From a virus (taxonomy: Duplodnaviria > Heunggongvirae > Uroviricota > Caudoviricetes), in the IMG/VR virus record IMGVR_UViG_2648501437_000035: a stretch of 23,537 bases of DNA; one strand, written 5' to 3'. The notes under the pieces are model-generated. The model saw only the letters and a list, made by a program, of their open reading frames with translations. It did not search any database and was not told the DNA's origin. The position numbers and the translations under genes were made by a program. This document shows, in pieces, positions 8,349-15,975 of the stretch; positions within the stretch are counted from its first letter, which is position 1, and each line of letters opens with the position of its first letter.

Positions 8349-8791
8349 GCAGCTCTCCCTTTTCGTTGTGACCATTCATACTCTCGCCAGGAGTCATCAC
8401 TCCACCGCACGTTGCGCTCTGAGCCGAACCAGAACATGATTTCGATAAGCTCAGTCATGCTGGCCTTCCGCATTTTGCTGGTACGCACGCCAAGCATGAC
8501 AACGCCACCGTCGATACCAGGCACACTTCGTTGCTCCAGTTTTTTGGTCTTAAGCCACAGGGCAGTGAACAGGTCTTTCCAGTCTTCCGGCGCCAGCCGT
8601 TGACCATGCCATAGCACCTGACGCGAAACATCGTTCAGCATCGGCCACATACGGTCATTCTGCGCTTTGCTGCGCCTGGGTTCTTTAACGTGGACTTCGT
8701 GGGGTGACTTGTCGTCGATGGGTAGTGAGAGAATGGCGTCTATGGCGTTATTTCTGATTGCTTCGTTGCGAAGCAGAAAGGTTTGCTTCAT
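8345..8791 (-). CDS. ninB: NinB (Orf-family recombination mediator)
   Basis: From MKQTFLLRNEAI...; aligns with lambda NinB as recalled (DVSRQV-WHG, SKMR, ends ...RAA). About 148 aa. Confidence 0.8.
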   Translation of the reverse strand: MKQTFLLRNEAIRNNAIDAILSLPIDDKSPHEVHVKEPRRSKAQNDRMWPMLNDVSRQVLWHGQRLAPEDWKDLFTALWLKTKKLEQRSVPGIDGGVVMLGVRTSKMRKASMTELIEIMFWFGSERNVRWSDDSWREYEWSQRKGRAA

Positions 8792-8984
8792 CTCCTGCTC
8801 TCCGGTTCCATTTTTCAGCCGCCGCAGCAACTGATGGTGCCCATGCCCCCCTGGCTTCACAGAGGTCACATTCTGCATAGCCCCACACATCAATATTTAT
8901 TCCGGCCTCAACCCACAGACGAGCATTACCGCCGCAAAACGGACATTCTTTTAGCTTTGGCTGGGTTAATGATAGGTCGCTCAT
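8748..8984 (-). CDS. Lar-family restriction-alleviation-like zinc-finger protein
   Basis: MSDLSLTQPKLKECPFCGG... has the LKxCPFCGG signature I associate with Lar proteins. AAGGAG 5 nt upstream of ATG at 8984. The supplied ORF (to 9191) extends further upstream; start uncertain. Overlaps the ninB start by about 44 nt. Confidence 0.55.
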   Translation of the reverse strand: MSDLSLTQPKLKECPFCGGNARLWVEAGINIDVWGYAECDLCEARGAWAPSVAAAAEKWNRRAGDEANLSASQRSNQK

Positions 8985-8994
8985 GCTCACTCCT

Positions 8995-9210
8995 TCACTT
9001 AAAATCCAGACTCCGGATAATTCTGTTGCGCTGAAACTCATTGTTGAGTTTGAACAACCGTCGAAGAACACGGTCACGCGGATAGCGTCGTGCGGCAGGT
9101 GAATGCTCATACAACTCATCAAGCGGCAAACTGGACGATGAACGATACCGATACCAACGCACCAACTCTTCACGAAAATTAGCCCTGACAAGCTCAGCTA
9201 TCGTACTCAT
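8995..9210 (-). CDS. hypothetical protein, 71 aa
   Basis: ORF with strong RBS (GAGGAGG, 9-nt spacer, ATG); basic, Arg-rich product. No recognised motif. Confidence 0.5.
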   Translation of the reverse strand: MSTIAELVRANFREELVRWYRYRSSSSLPLDELYEHSPAARRYPRDRVLRRLFKLNNEFQRNRIIRSLDFK

Positions 9211-9341
9211 TTCTTAAAACCTCCTCAAACGCATTCTGACGCATTTTTCATTCTCGCTGCTTATCGGCTGCCTTGCACGTGCTTACCTCACCACAGAGCG
9301 ATTGTGATGCCTTAAAAGCGATTTATTGAAGTGATATTTGC

Positions 9342-9635
9342 TTAATCGAAATTCTTTTCTTTGATTCCTGCGGCCCTGATGGCTTTCATTACTGCAATTA
9401 CCGTTTTGTCACGCCCATCCTCATAACCCATCGCATAAGCACCTTCTTCACCATCTTTCCAAAGGTCGTCATTCGATTCGGGCCAGTCGATATCCAGTTC
9501 AATAGCTGCTCGTGATGCCTGCCATATCACCCAGGTAAACTCTTTTAATTCATCGTCTTCTGTAAACTGGCTTTTGTCTTTTGACCACCAGTTTTCAAAC
9601 TGTCGGTAGCTATCGTTCACTTCCCTCTCCCCCAA
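9342..9635 (-). CDS. hypothetical acidic protein, ~92-97 aa
   Basis: ORF in the nin region on the operon strand. Start ambiguous (TTG at 9635 or GTG at ~9620 preceded by GGGGGAGAGGG). Trp- and Asp/Glu-rich. Confidence 0.45.
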   Translation of the reverse strand: MGEREVNDSYRQFENWWSKDKSQFTEDDELKEFTWVIWQASRAAIELDIDWPESNDDLWKDGEEGAYAMGYEDGRDKTVIAVMKAIRAAGIKEKNFD

Positions 9636-9665
9636 ATAAAAAGGCCTGCGATTACCAGCAGGCCT
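9631..9665 (-). terminator. rho-independent terminator between ren and the nin genes (tR2-like)
   Basis: AGGCCTGC (9642-9649) pairs with GCAGGCCT (9658-9665), 8-nt loop; on the minus strand followed by UUUUUAUUU. Confidence 0.6.
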
Positions 9666-9690
9666 GTTACAAGCTCAGTGATGTAGATGG

Positions 9691-9981
9691 TCATCTTTTA
9701 ACTCCATATACCGCCAATACCCGTTTCATCGCTGCACTCTGGCGACACTCCTTAAAAATCAGGTTCGTGCTCACCTTTCCTTCCCGTTCTTCCCTGGTAG
9801 CAAACCGGTAATACACCGTTCGCCAGACCTTACCTTCGATAACCAGAAGACCTGCCCGTGCCATTTTAGCCGCGGCCTGATTTATGCTGGTTACTGTTGC
9901 GCCTGTTAGCGCGGCAACGTCCGGCGCACAGAAGCTATTATGCGTCCCCAGGTAATGAATAATTGCCTCTTTGCCCGTCAT
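9691..9981 (-). CDS. ren: Ren (protects against Rex exclusion)
   Basis: 96 aa, matches lambda Ren as recalled (MTGKEAIIHYLGTHNSFCAPDVAALTGATVTSINQAAAKMARAGLLVIEGK...). Confidence 0.88.
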   Translation of the reverse strand: MTGKEAIIHYLGTHNSFCAPDVAALTGATVTSINQAAAKMARAGLLVIEGKVWRTVYYRFATREEREGKVSTNLIFKECRQSAAMKRVLAVYGVKR

Positions 9982-10679
9982 ACACTTGCTCCTTTCAGTC
10001 CGAACTTAGCTTTAATTTCTGCGATCTTCGCCAGCGCCTGAACATGATTTAGAGGTCTGCCGCCCATGACAGGAAGTTGTTTTACTGGTTCAGGGATCAC
10101 CTCACCACGATTAATTCTCGCAGTCATATGGACAAGCTCATCTGCGGCCTTGCGCCGTAATTCCGCGTCAGTCAGCGCATTGGCCCGCATGTTCTGGTAC
10201 AGGTTGGTAACCAGCCAGTAGTGCGCGTTTGATTTCCACGGATAAGACTCTGCATCCGGATACAGGCCACGCTTCCGGCAATACTCGTAAACCATATCAA
10301 CCAGCTCGCTGACGTTTGGCAGTCCGGCGATAACGGATGCTTCTTCCCGGCACCATGCAACAAACTGCCCGGGTGATGGAAGAAATGGTCGATTCTGCCG
10401 ACGGGCTACGCGCATTCCTGCGTTAACCTGTTCCATCGAGGTGATCCCGTTTTCCCGGAAAGCCAGAACCCACTGGCGGCGGATTTCATTCAGTTCGTTC
10501 TGGTCCCGGTTAGCCAGACTCGCCGGGAAAGTTGCCAGTAACTGGCTGAACACACCGTTGATGATCTGCGCTACCTGTTGTACCTGCGGCTTTTCGTCGT
10601 ACTGTTCCGGCATGTTGTTGGTGATCCGACGCATCTGCTCACGGTCAAAGTTAACCATCTGTGCGGCGATGTTTTTCAT
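9978..10679 (-). CDS. P: replication protein P (DnaB helicase loader)
   Basis: 233 aa, near-identical to lambda P as recalled (MKNIAAQMVNFDREQMRRI...). Confidence 0.95.
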   Translation of the reverse strand: MKNIAAQMVNFDREQMRRITNNMPEQYDEKPQVQQVAQIINGVFSQLLATFPASLANRDQNELNEIRRQWVLAFRENGITSMEQVNAGMRVARRQNRPFLPSPGQFVAWCREEASVIAGLPNVSELVDMVYEYCRKRGLYPDAESYPWKSNAHYWLVTNLYQNMRANALTDAELRRKAADELVHMTARINRGEVIPEPVKQLPVMGGRPLNHVQALAKIAEIKAKFGLKGASV

Positions 10680-11614
10680 AAATCCACCCCGTAAATCCAG
10701 TCAGTGTTTGTCAGGTCGAGTTTTGGTTTTCCAGCTGTCACGCCAGCCTGTTGCTTGTTACGGTTGATTTCGAGCTGGGTCCACTTGTCGCGGAGTTTGG
10801 CCGGACTTAGCACGTTACCGGACCAGAAGTTGTCCTGGCATGCCCAGCGGAACAGCACGCACATGTCGCGGTGGTTACGTCCGTCACGTTCACGCATCAG
10901 GCGGATATCGTTAGCCCACCCTGCAAAATTCGGTTTTCTGGCTGATGGTGCGATGGTCTTCACCATGTCAAACATCCACTCTGCGGCGGTCAGGTCTTCT
11001 GCTGTTCCCCACTTGCTGCCGCTCTGAATTGCAGCATCCGGTTTAACCACAGAAAGATCGTTTTCTGGCTGGTCAGAGGATTCGCCAGAATTCTCGGACG
11101 AATAATCTTTTCTTTTTTCTTTTGTAATAGTGTCTTTTGTGTCCCCCTGTTTTGAGGGATAGCAATCCCCTAATTTGAGGGATGTTTTATCCCTCGTTTT
11201 AGGGGATTTTCCCTCGTTTTGAGGGATGTCCCTCATTTTAGGGGAACCTCCCTCGTTTTGAGGGATGCACCATTCTGAGGTGTTTTTATTTGGTCCAAAC
11301 ATGCCGCCTTGCTGCTTGATAATATTCATTCTGACGAGTTCTAACTTGGCTTCATTGCACCGTTTGACAGGTAACTTTGTAATCTCGCTAAGTTGAGAAT
11401 CGGTGATTCTGTCCATTGGTTTATTCCACCCATAGGTTTTACGCAGAATGGCAAGCAGCACTTTAAACTGTCGCTTGGTCAGATCTGCGCCTGAATAAGC
11501 CTCAATCAGCATATTTGATAGTCTGGCGTAACCATCATCGAGATCTGCCACATTACGCTCCTGTTCGGCAAAGTTACCTCTGCCGAAGTTGAGTATTTTT
11601 GCTGTATTTGTCAT
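10676..11614 (-). CDS. O: replication initiator O
   Basis: 312 aa, near-identical to lambda O (299 aa as recalled) except for a short inserted segment (duplicated IPQNEG-SPK-RD) that coincides with extra ori iterons. Confidence 0.95.
   Translation of the reverse strand: MTNTAKILNFGRGNFAEQERNVADLDDGYARLSNMLIEAYSGADLTKRQFKVLLAILRKTYGWNKPMDRITDSQLSEITKLPVKRCNEAKLELVRMNIIKQQGGMFGPNKNTSEWCIPQNEGGSPKMRDIPQNEGKSPKTRDKTSLKLGDCYPSKQGDTKDTITKEKRKDYSSENSGESSDQPENDLSVVKPDAAIQSGSKWGTAEDLTAAEWMFDMVKTIAPSARKPNFAGWANDIRLMRERDGRNHRDMCVLFRWACQDNFWSGNVLSPAKLRDKWTQLEINRNKQQAGVTAGKPKLDLTNTDWIYGVDL
11142..11267. repeat. origin of replication iterons (six ~19-bp O-binding repeats) inside the O gene, with adjacent AT-rich region at 11101-11140
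   Basis: Six tandem inverted-symmetric repeats of the form TCCCTCGTTTTGAGGGA (11142-11160, 11165-11183, 11189-11207, 11209-11227, 11228-11246, 11248-11267), followed on the O-distal side by a T/A-rich tract (AATAATCTTTTCTTTTTTCTTTTG). Confidence 0.9.
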
Positions 11615-11646
11615 AATGACTCCTGTTGATAGATCCAGTAATGACC

Positions 11647-11943
11647 TCAGAACTCCATCTGGATTTGTTCAGAACGCTCGGTTGCCGCCGGGCGTTTTTT
11701 ATTGGTGAGTCCATCAAGCGCATACTTAAAAGCCCTGCTAATCGGACTGATGTCTGATGCCATTCCGAAAGCACACAAGACCGAAGCAATAAATCTCCAA
11801 TCCGTTCTGCTTATCTTCGATTCATGACAGCCAATCATCTTTGCCAGACCGCGCTGGGTAAGCGTTGACAGGTTGATGAGTAAATCCGTTTCTGCGCGAT
11901 CAACGTCGCGCTGGGATAGTTTGCTGTAACTTGTTTGTGTCAT
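11647..11943 (-). CDS. cII: CII transcriptional activator (chimeric: non-lambda N-terminal/DNA-binding part, lambda-identical C-terminus)
   Basis: 98 aa. The C-terminal LTNKKRPAATERSEQIQMEF matches lambda CII as recalled; the N-terminal ~75 aa, including the HTH-like QRGLAKMIGCHESKISR, differ from lambda. Confidence 0.8.
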   Translation of the reverse strand: MTQTSYSKLSQRDVDRAETDLLINLSTLTQRGLAKMIGCHESKISRTDWRFIASVLCAFGMASDISPISRAFKYALDGLTNKKRPAATERSEQIQMEF

Positions 11944-12028
11944 TTCTTAATATTTCCAATAGTGAATAGTTAGTTGAAAGGTATGCGTGGAAACGCATAT
12001 GGCCTTAGTTGGTCAGATATATTGGGAC

Positions 12029-12043
12029 TCGCTTTGTCAGCGA
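12029..12043 (-). promoter_or_regulatory. nutR boxB hairpin (P22/933W-type loop)
   Basis: Minus strand UCGCUGACAAAGCGA: 4-bp stem with 7-nt loop UGACAAA, between cro and cII. Same loop as the hairpin upstream of N. Confidence 0.65.
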
Positions 12044-12081
12044 CGTAGGACGAATGTCCATTGTGAAAATAGCGGTGTTAC

Positions 12082-12291
<210 letters not shown>

Positions 12292-12306
12292 TTAGTACAT
12301 GCAACC

Positions 12307-12376
12307 ATTATCACCGCTAGAGGTAAAATAGTCAACGCGCACGGTGTTAGATATTTATCCCTTGCGGTGATAGATT
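12307..12376. promoter_or_regulatory. OR operator region with divergent promoters pR (minus strand) and pRM (plus strand)
   Basis: Three 17-bp operators: OR1 12309-12325 (TATCACCGCTAGAGGTA), OR2 12333-12349, OR3 12356-12372. pR on minus strand: TTGACT at 12330-12335, 17-bp spacer, GATAAT at 12307-12312. pRM on plus strand: TAGATA at 12348-12353, 17-bp spacer, TAGATT at 12371-12376. Confidence 0.85.
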
Positions 12377-12379
12377 TAA

Positions 12380-13096
<717 letters not shown>

Positions 13097-13173
13097 GGCC
13101 AGCAACGGATCACAACAAACACATGGGGCGGCGGATTAAGGGTGATGGAGAATCGAAATAAGTTGAGGTCAAC

Positions 13174-13329
13174 ATGAACACGTTCAGCATAATCGCGATA
13201 CCTTTTTTTGCCCTTTCAGTGGTTCTGTTGACTCTTGGCGCTACCAGGAAGAACCAAGCCAGCTTCATCGTTGGCGGCGTGTTTATGGCGTCATGCGTGG
13301 TTAATGCCATTATCGGCATGTCTCTTTGA
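13174..13329 (+). CDS. small hydrophobic protein, 51 aa, predicted two transmembrane helices
   Basis: Hand-found ORF (below ORF-track cutoff): GAGG RBS 5 nt upstream of ATG at 13174. Product MNTFSIIAIPFFALSVVLLTLGATRKNQASFIVGGVFMASCVVNAIIGMSL has two hydrophobic stretches separated by TRKNQ. Immediately downstream of cI on the same strand. Confidence 0.4.
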   Translation: MNTFSIIAIPFFALSVVLLTLGATRKNQASFIVGGVFMASCVVNAIIGMSL

Positions 13330-13521
13330 GCGCTATGAGATCAGGCATCCTCGTTACTTTGTCATGTGTGACAGCCTGGTATGCACTCTGCGAGCTTTGA
13401 TGTGGTTTACCACTTTAATAGTCACCGTATCACTAAACTGATTAGCTTTACTCATACTCTTGTGGATTCGCTATTTCTGATGTCAATGCAAAAAAATACT
13501 AAGGAAACAAAAAGGATACTT

Positions 13522-13788
13522 ATGTCAGATAACACTATTAAAATCATACCTCAGCACATGACCGCCACATCAGTTCTTATTACGCCTGATCGTGCTGAAA
13601 CAATCATTACTTTTTACCGCCATGAATTTGAGCATCACATGCAGTCTGATGAGCAAGGAAAGAATAGCTTCCAAGTAAAAGTTGAGTTGATCCCTAACAT
13701 GTCAGTCTCAATGAGCCCGGATCAAGCTGTTGCATTAGTAAAATCATTACAGGTAGCTCTCAGGGATAATGGGCTATGGAAAGACTGA
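13522..13788 (+). CDS. hypothetical soluble protein, 88 aa (first gene of the cI-distal pair occupying the rexA position)
   Basis: ATG at 13522 preceded by AAAGGA (7-nt spacer); the ORF track extends upstream to 13381. Its stop overlaps the start of the next gene. No recognised motif. Confidence 0.6.
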   Translation: MSDNTIKIIPQHMTATSVLITPDRAETIITFYRHEFEHHMQSDEQGKNSFQVKVELIPNMSVSMSPDQAVALVKSLQVALRDNGLWKD

Positions 13789-14426
13789 AGCCAGTTTCTT
13801 CAGTTCAACCTACCTCAGGAACAACATCATCAGTTCTTCCAAGTATTATAGTTAGTGCAACCCTAGCAGCGACAACCGTTTCTCCTTATGGGGATCCATC
13901 TCAGTACCAAAGTATTGGTATTGATGCTAAGGTATCAAATAGAGTTTCATACGCCATGGACGAAACGGGTTTGCGCCCAAGTAAGGAAGATGTAGCGATG
14001 AAGAGTGATACCCTGGAGGTAAGCGTGAGCGGAATGTCCAGAGAAGAACTTGACGCAAAGCTTTCACAAAACAAATCAGAGGTAGAGTCTATTGCTGCGG
14101 AAATGCGTCGCGAATCAGCTGACTTTAAAACCTATTATACTCAGCAATTTTCTTCTATTGAGAGAGGTATTGCTGAAATTAAAGGTGAAATCGGCGGTTT
14201 GAAAACGGGACTTACAACGACTCAGTGGGCGATGGCCGTTGGCTTGACTTTAGTTACTGTGATTCTGTCTGGCGTGATGTTAGCCTCAAGTTGGATTATC
14301 TCCGGCAATGACAAGTCACCATCAGTAACCAGCCCGGCTCCAATTATAATACAGGTACCGACACAGCAACCATTAACGAGCGCTCCAACTAACCAATCGT
14401 CATCACAACAAGCTCCTAAGCAATAA
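13776..14426 (+). CDS. hypothetical membrane-anchored protein, 216 aa: Ser/Thr-rich N-terminus, predicted coiled-coil, single C-proximal transmembrane helix, low-complexity tail
   Basis: Start ATG overlaps the upstream gene (ATGGAAAGACTGA). Charged, heptad-like region (ELDAKLSQNKSEVESIAAEMRRESADFKTYYTQQFSSIERGIAEIKGEIGGLK), then a hydrophobic helix (WAMAVGLTLVTVILSGVMLASSWII), then a P/S/T/Q-rich tail. Not similar to lambda RexA or RexB as recalled. Confidence 0.65.
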   Translation: MERLKPVSSVQPTSGTTSSVLPSIIVSATLAATTVSPYGDPSQYQSIGIDAKVSNRVSYAMDETGLRPSKEDVAMKSDTLEVSVSGMSREELDAKLSQNKSEVESIAAEMRRESADFKTYYTQQFSSIERGIAEIKGEIGGLKTGLTTTQWAMAVGLTLVTVILSGVMLASSWIISGNDKSPSVTSPAPIIIQVPTQQPLTSAPTNQSSSQQAPKQ

Positions 14427-14431
14427 ATAAA

Positions 14432-14457
14432 CCCGGCCACCGCGCCGGGTTTTCTTT
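14432..14457 (+). terminator. rho-independent terminator after the rex-position cassette (tImm-like)
   Basis: CCCGGC (14432-14437) pairs with GCCGGG (14444-14449), 6-nt loop, followed by TTTTCTTT. An A-rich tract upstream makes it potentially bidirectional. Confidence 0.7.
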
Positions 14458-14607
14458 GCCTCACGTTCGCCCCAAAACACATAACCAATTGTATTTATTT
14501 GAAAATTAATAGATACAACTCACTAAACATCGCAATTCAGATCTCTCGATCACCTCCCAAGCCACACACCCCTGCAAAAAAATAAATCTATATAAAAAAC
14601 ATACAGA

Positions 14608-14671
14608 TAACCATCTGCGGTGATAAATTATCTCTGGCGGTGTTGACATAAATACCACTGGCGGTGATACT
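14608..14671 (+). promoter_or_regulatory. OL operators (OL3, OL2, OL1) and pL promoter
   Basis: Matches lambda pL/OL as recalled: OL3 ~14608-14625, OL2 ~14629-14645, OL1 14653-14669 (TACCACTGGCGGTGATA); pL -35 TTGACA 14643-14648 and -10 GATACT 14666-14671. Confidence 0.9.
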
Positions 14672-14739
14672 AAACACATCAGCAGGACGCATTACTCACC
14701 AGGGCGGTGAATATACAACGATTCGAATATGAATCTACG

Positions 14740-14754
14740 GCGCTGACAAAGCGC
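14740..14754 (+). promoter_or_regulatory. nutL boxB hairpin (P22/933W-type)
   Basis: GCGCUGACAAAGCGC: 4-bp GC stem with 7-nt loop UGACAAA, about 60 nt downstream of the pL start. Matches the boxB I recall for P22-type N proteins. No boxA recognised with confidence. Confidence 0.7.
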
Positions 14755-14919
14755 AATAACCAAAGTGAACTTTGGGGTGTGGTGAAGGGTTCATGGACGG
14801 GCATATGTCGCACGTAAAGCGGCGAGGCCTGCGGGACTATTGCCGAATTGAAGTAGGCCGAAACAGGTCGAAATGGGTCTCCCACCTACCACACCACCAA
14901 AGTTCATCAGGAGGTCTAT

Positions 14920-15303
14920 ATGACACGCAGAACTCAGTTCAAAGGCAATTCACGTTCTCGTCGTCGTGAGCGTTTAAAGGCAAAGGCATTAGCTAACGGC
15001 GTACTGGCCCGCGAAGAAGCAATAAGTTCAGAAGTATTACACCGCCCTACTCTAAGCAGAGCGCAGATTCAGGCTAAAGGTACTCACGAAACGCCTGAGC
15101 GCATAGAAGACGCTAAGCCAATTAAGTTCATGGCACAGGACGTGATCTGGCAACAGAAAGAATACAGACGCAATCTGGAGCGAGCGGCCATTGTGTACGC
15201 GAATGAGTTTGGACATAAGCAACCAGAAACTGGTGTATGTCTTCCAAACGTAGCCATTTACGCGGCAGGCTACCGGAAATCAAAACAACTGACGGCGAGG
15301 TGA
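14920..15303 (+). CDS. N: N antiterminator (non-lambda; P22/933W/H-19B type)
   Basis: 127 aa, first gene downstream of pL/nutL, AGGAGG RBS. N-terminal arginine-rich motif (TRRTQFKGNSRSRRRERLKAKA). C-terminal end PNVAIYAAGYRKSKQLTAR resembles the P22-type N C-terminus as recalled. Confidence 0.8.
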   Translation: MTRRTQFKGNSRSRRRERLKAKALANGVLAREEAISSEVLHRPTLSRAQIQAKGTHETPERIEDAKPIKFMAQDVIWQQKEYRRNLERAAIVYANEFGHKQPETGVCLPNVAIYAAGYRKSKQLTAR

Positions 15304-15361
15304 CTTGTGTTGGTCGCCAGAAAATGAAATTAGGCAGCAAACCACTTATTTGAGGTGAGAT

Positions 15362-15832
15362 ATGACAAAATCATGGAGCGTACCTTTTCCTGAATCAGAA
15401 ACTGAACATGATGGAATGCCTGTTTTCTGGAGATTCCAGGCGACAGTTGAAGAAGATGGGATAAAAATATTCGCACTTCAATATATAGCTTTTCATCAGA
15501 CAGAGCATTATGCATGGTTGGTTCCTGCGCATTGGATTGTTAATTTTAAACCAGCACCAAATCAGTGGTTACAGGAATGGAAACAAAGGAGAAATAGATA
15601 TGCAATTAAGAAAGTAGCAAAAAATGCAGAAAGATCTTTTGCATTCCCAACGAAGAAACTTGCCATTGAAAGTTTATTGCGCCGGAAGAAATACCATTTA
15701 ATGAGAATCAAACAAGATTTGGCTGTTGTATCAACTCTTGTTGATGGTATGAAGAATATTGATACATCAACACCAGATATTGAATATAACTTTGGACACA
15801 ACCAAGAAACAGAAAATTGGGTATTTTATTAG
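15362..15832 (+). CDS. hypothetical early protein, 156 aa (occupies the ral/sieB region of the pL operon)
   Basis: ORF with GAGGTGAGAT-ATG RBS, directly downstream of N. AT-rich 3' half, basic region (KQRRNRYAIKKVAKNAERSF, LLRRKKYHLMRIKQ). No recognised motif. Confidence 0.6.
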   Translation: MTKSWSVPFPESETEHDGMPVFWRFQATVEEDGIKIFALQYIAFHQTEHYAWLVPAHWIVNFKPAPNQWLQEWKQRRNRYAIKKVAKNAERSFAFPTKKLAIESLLRRKKYHLMRIKQDLAVVSTLVDGMKNIDTSTPDIEYNFGHNQETENWVFY

Positions 15833-15975
15833 TACGAATAAGCACTGTGTATTCATTCCAACGAGTGAATACACGGAGCAATGTCGCTCGTAACTAAACA
15901 GGAGCCGACTTGTTCTGATTATTGGAAATCTTCTTTGCCCTCCAGTGTGAGGGCAATTTTTTTGACGGAGGATAT

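Noticed and set aside
2980-9635. Expected lambda nin genes ninC, ninD, ninF and ninH
   Set aside because: No ORFs of the appropriate size and sequence were found; the nin region here has a different gene complement (HNH endonuclease, methyltransferase, Lar-like gene, orphan gene).
10172-11027. Supplied alternative-frame ORFs inside O and P (10172-10363 minus, 10441-10767 plus, 10704-11027 plus)
   Set aside because: Embedded in the well-supported O and P reading frames; no independent start signals.
11944-12028. Hairpin ATGCGT-GGAA-ACGCAT (about 11983-11998) between nutR and cII as a possible tR1 terminator
   Set aside because: No U-run follows on the relevant (minus) strand, and lambda tR1 is rho-dependent, so an intrinsic terminator call is not justified; it may simply be cII leader structure.
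13097-14460. Expected rexA and rexB downstream of cI
   Set aside because: The ORFs present do not resemble RexA (~279 aa) or RexB (~144 aa, four transmembrane helices) as recalled; reported instead as an unrecognised cassette.
14672-14739. Searched for a boxA element (CGCTCTTA-like) upstream of the nutL boxB hairpin
   Set aside because: No convincing match by eye; only the boxB hairpin is reported. A weak boxA-like GCTATTTTC exists near nutR on the minus strand but is too degenerate to call.
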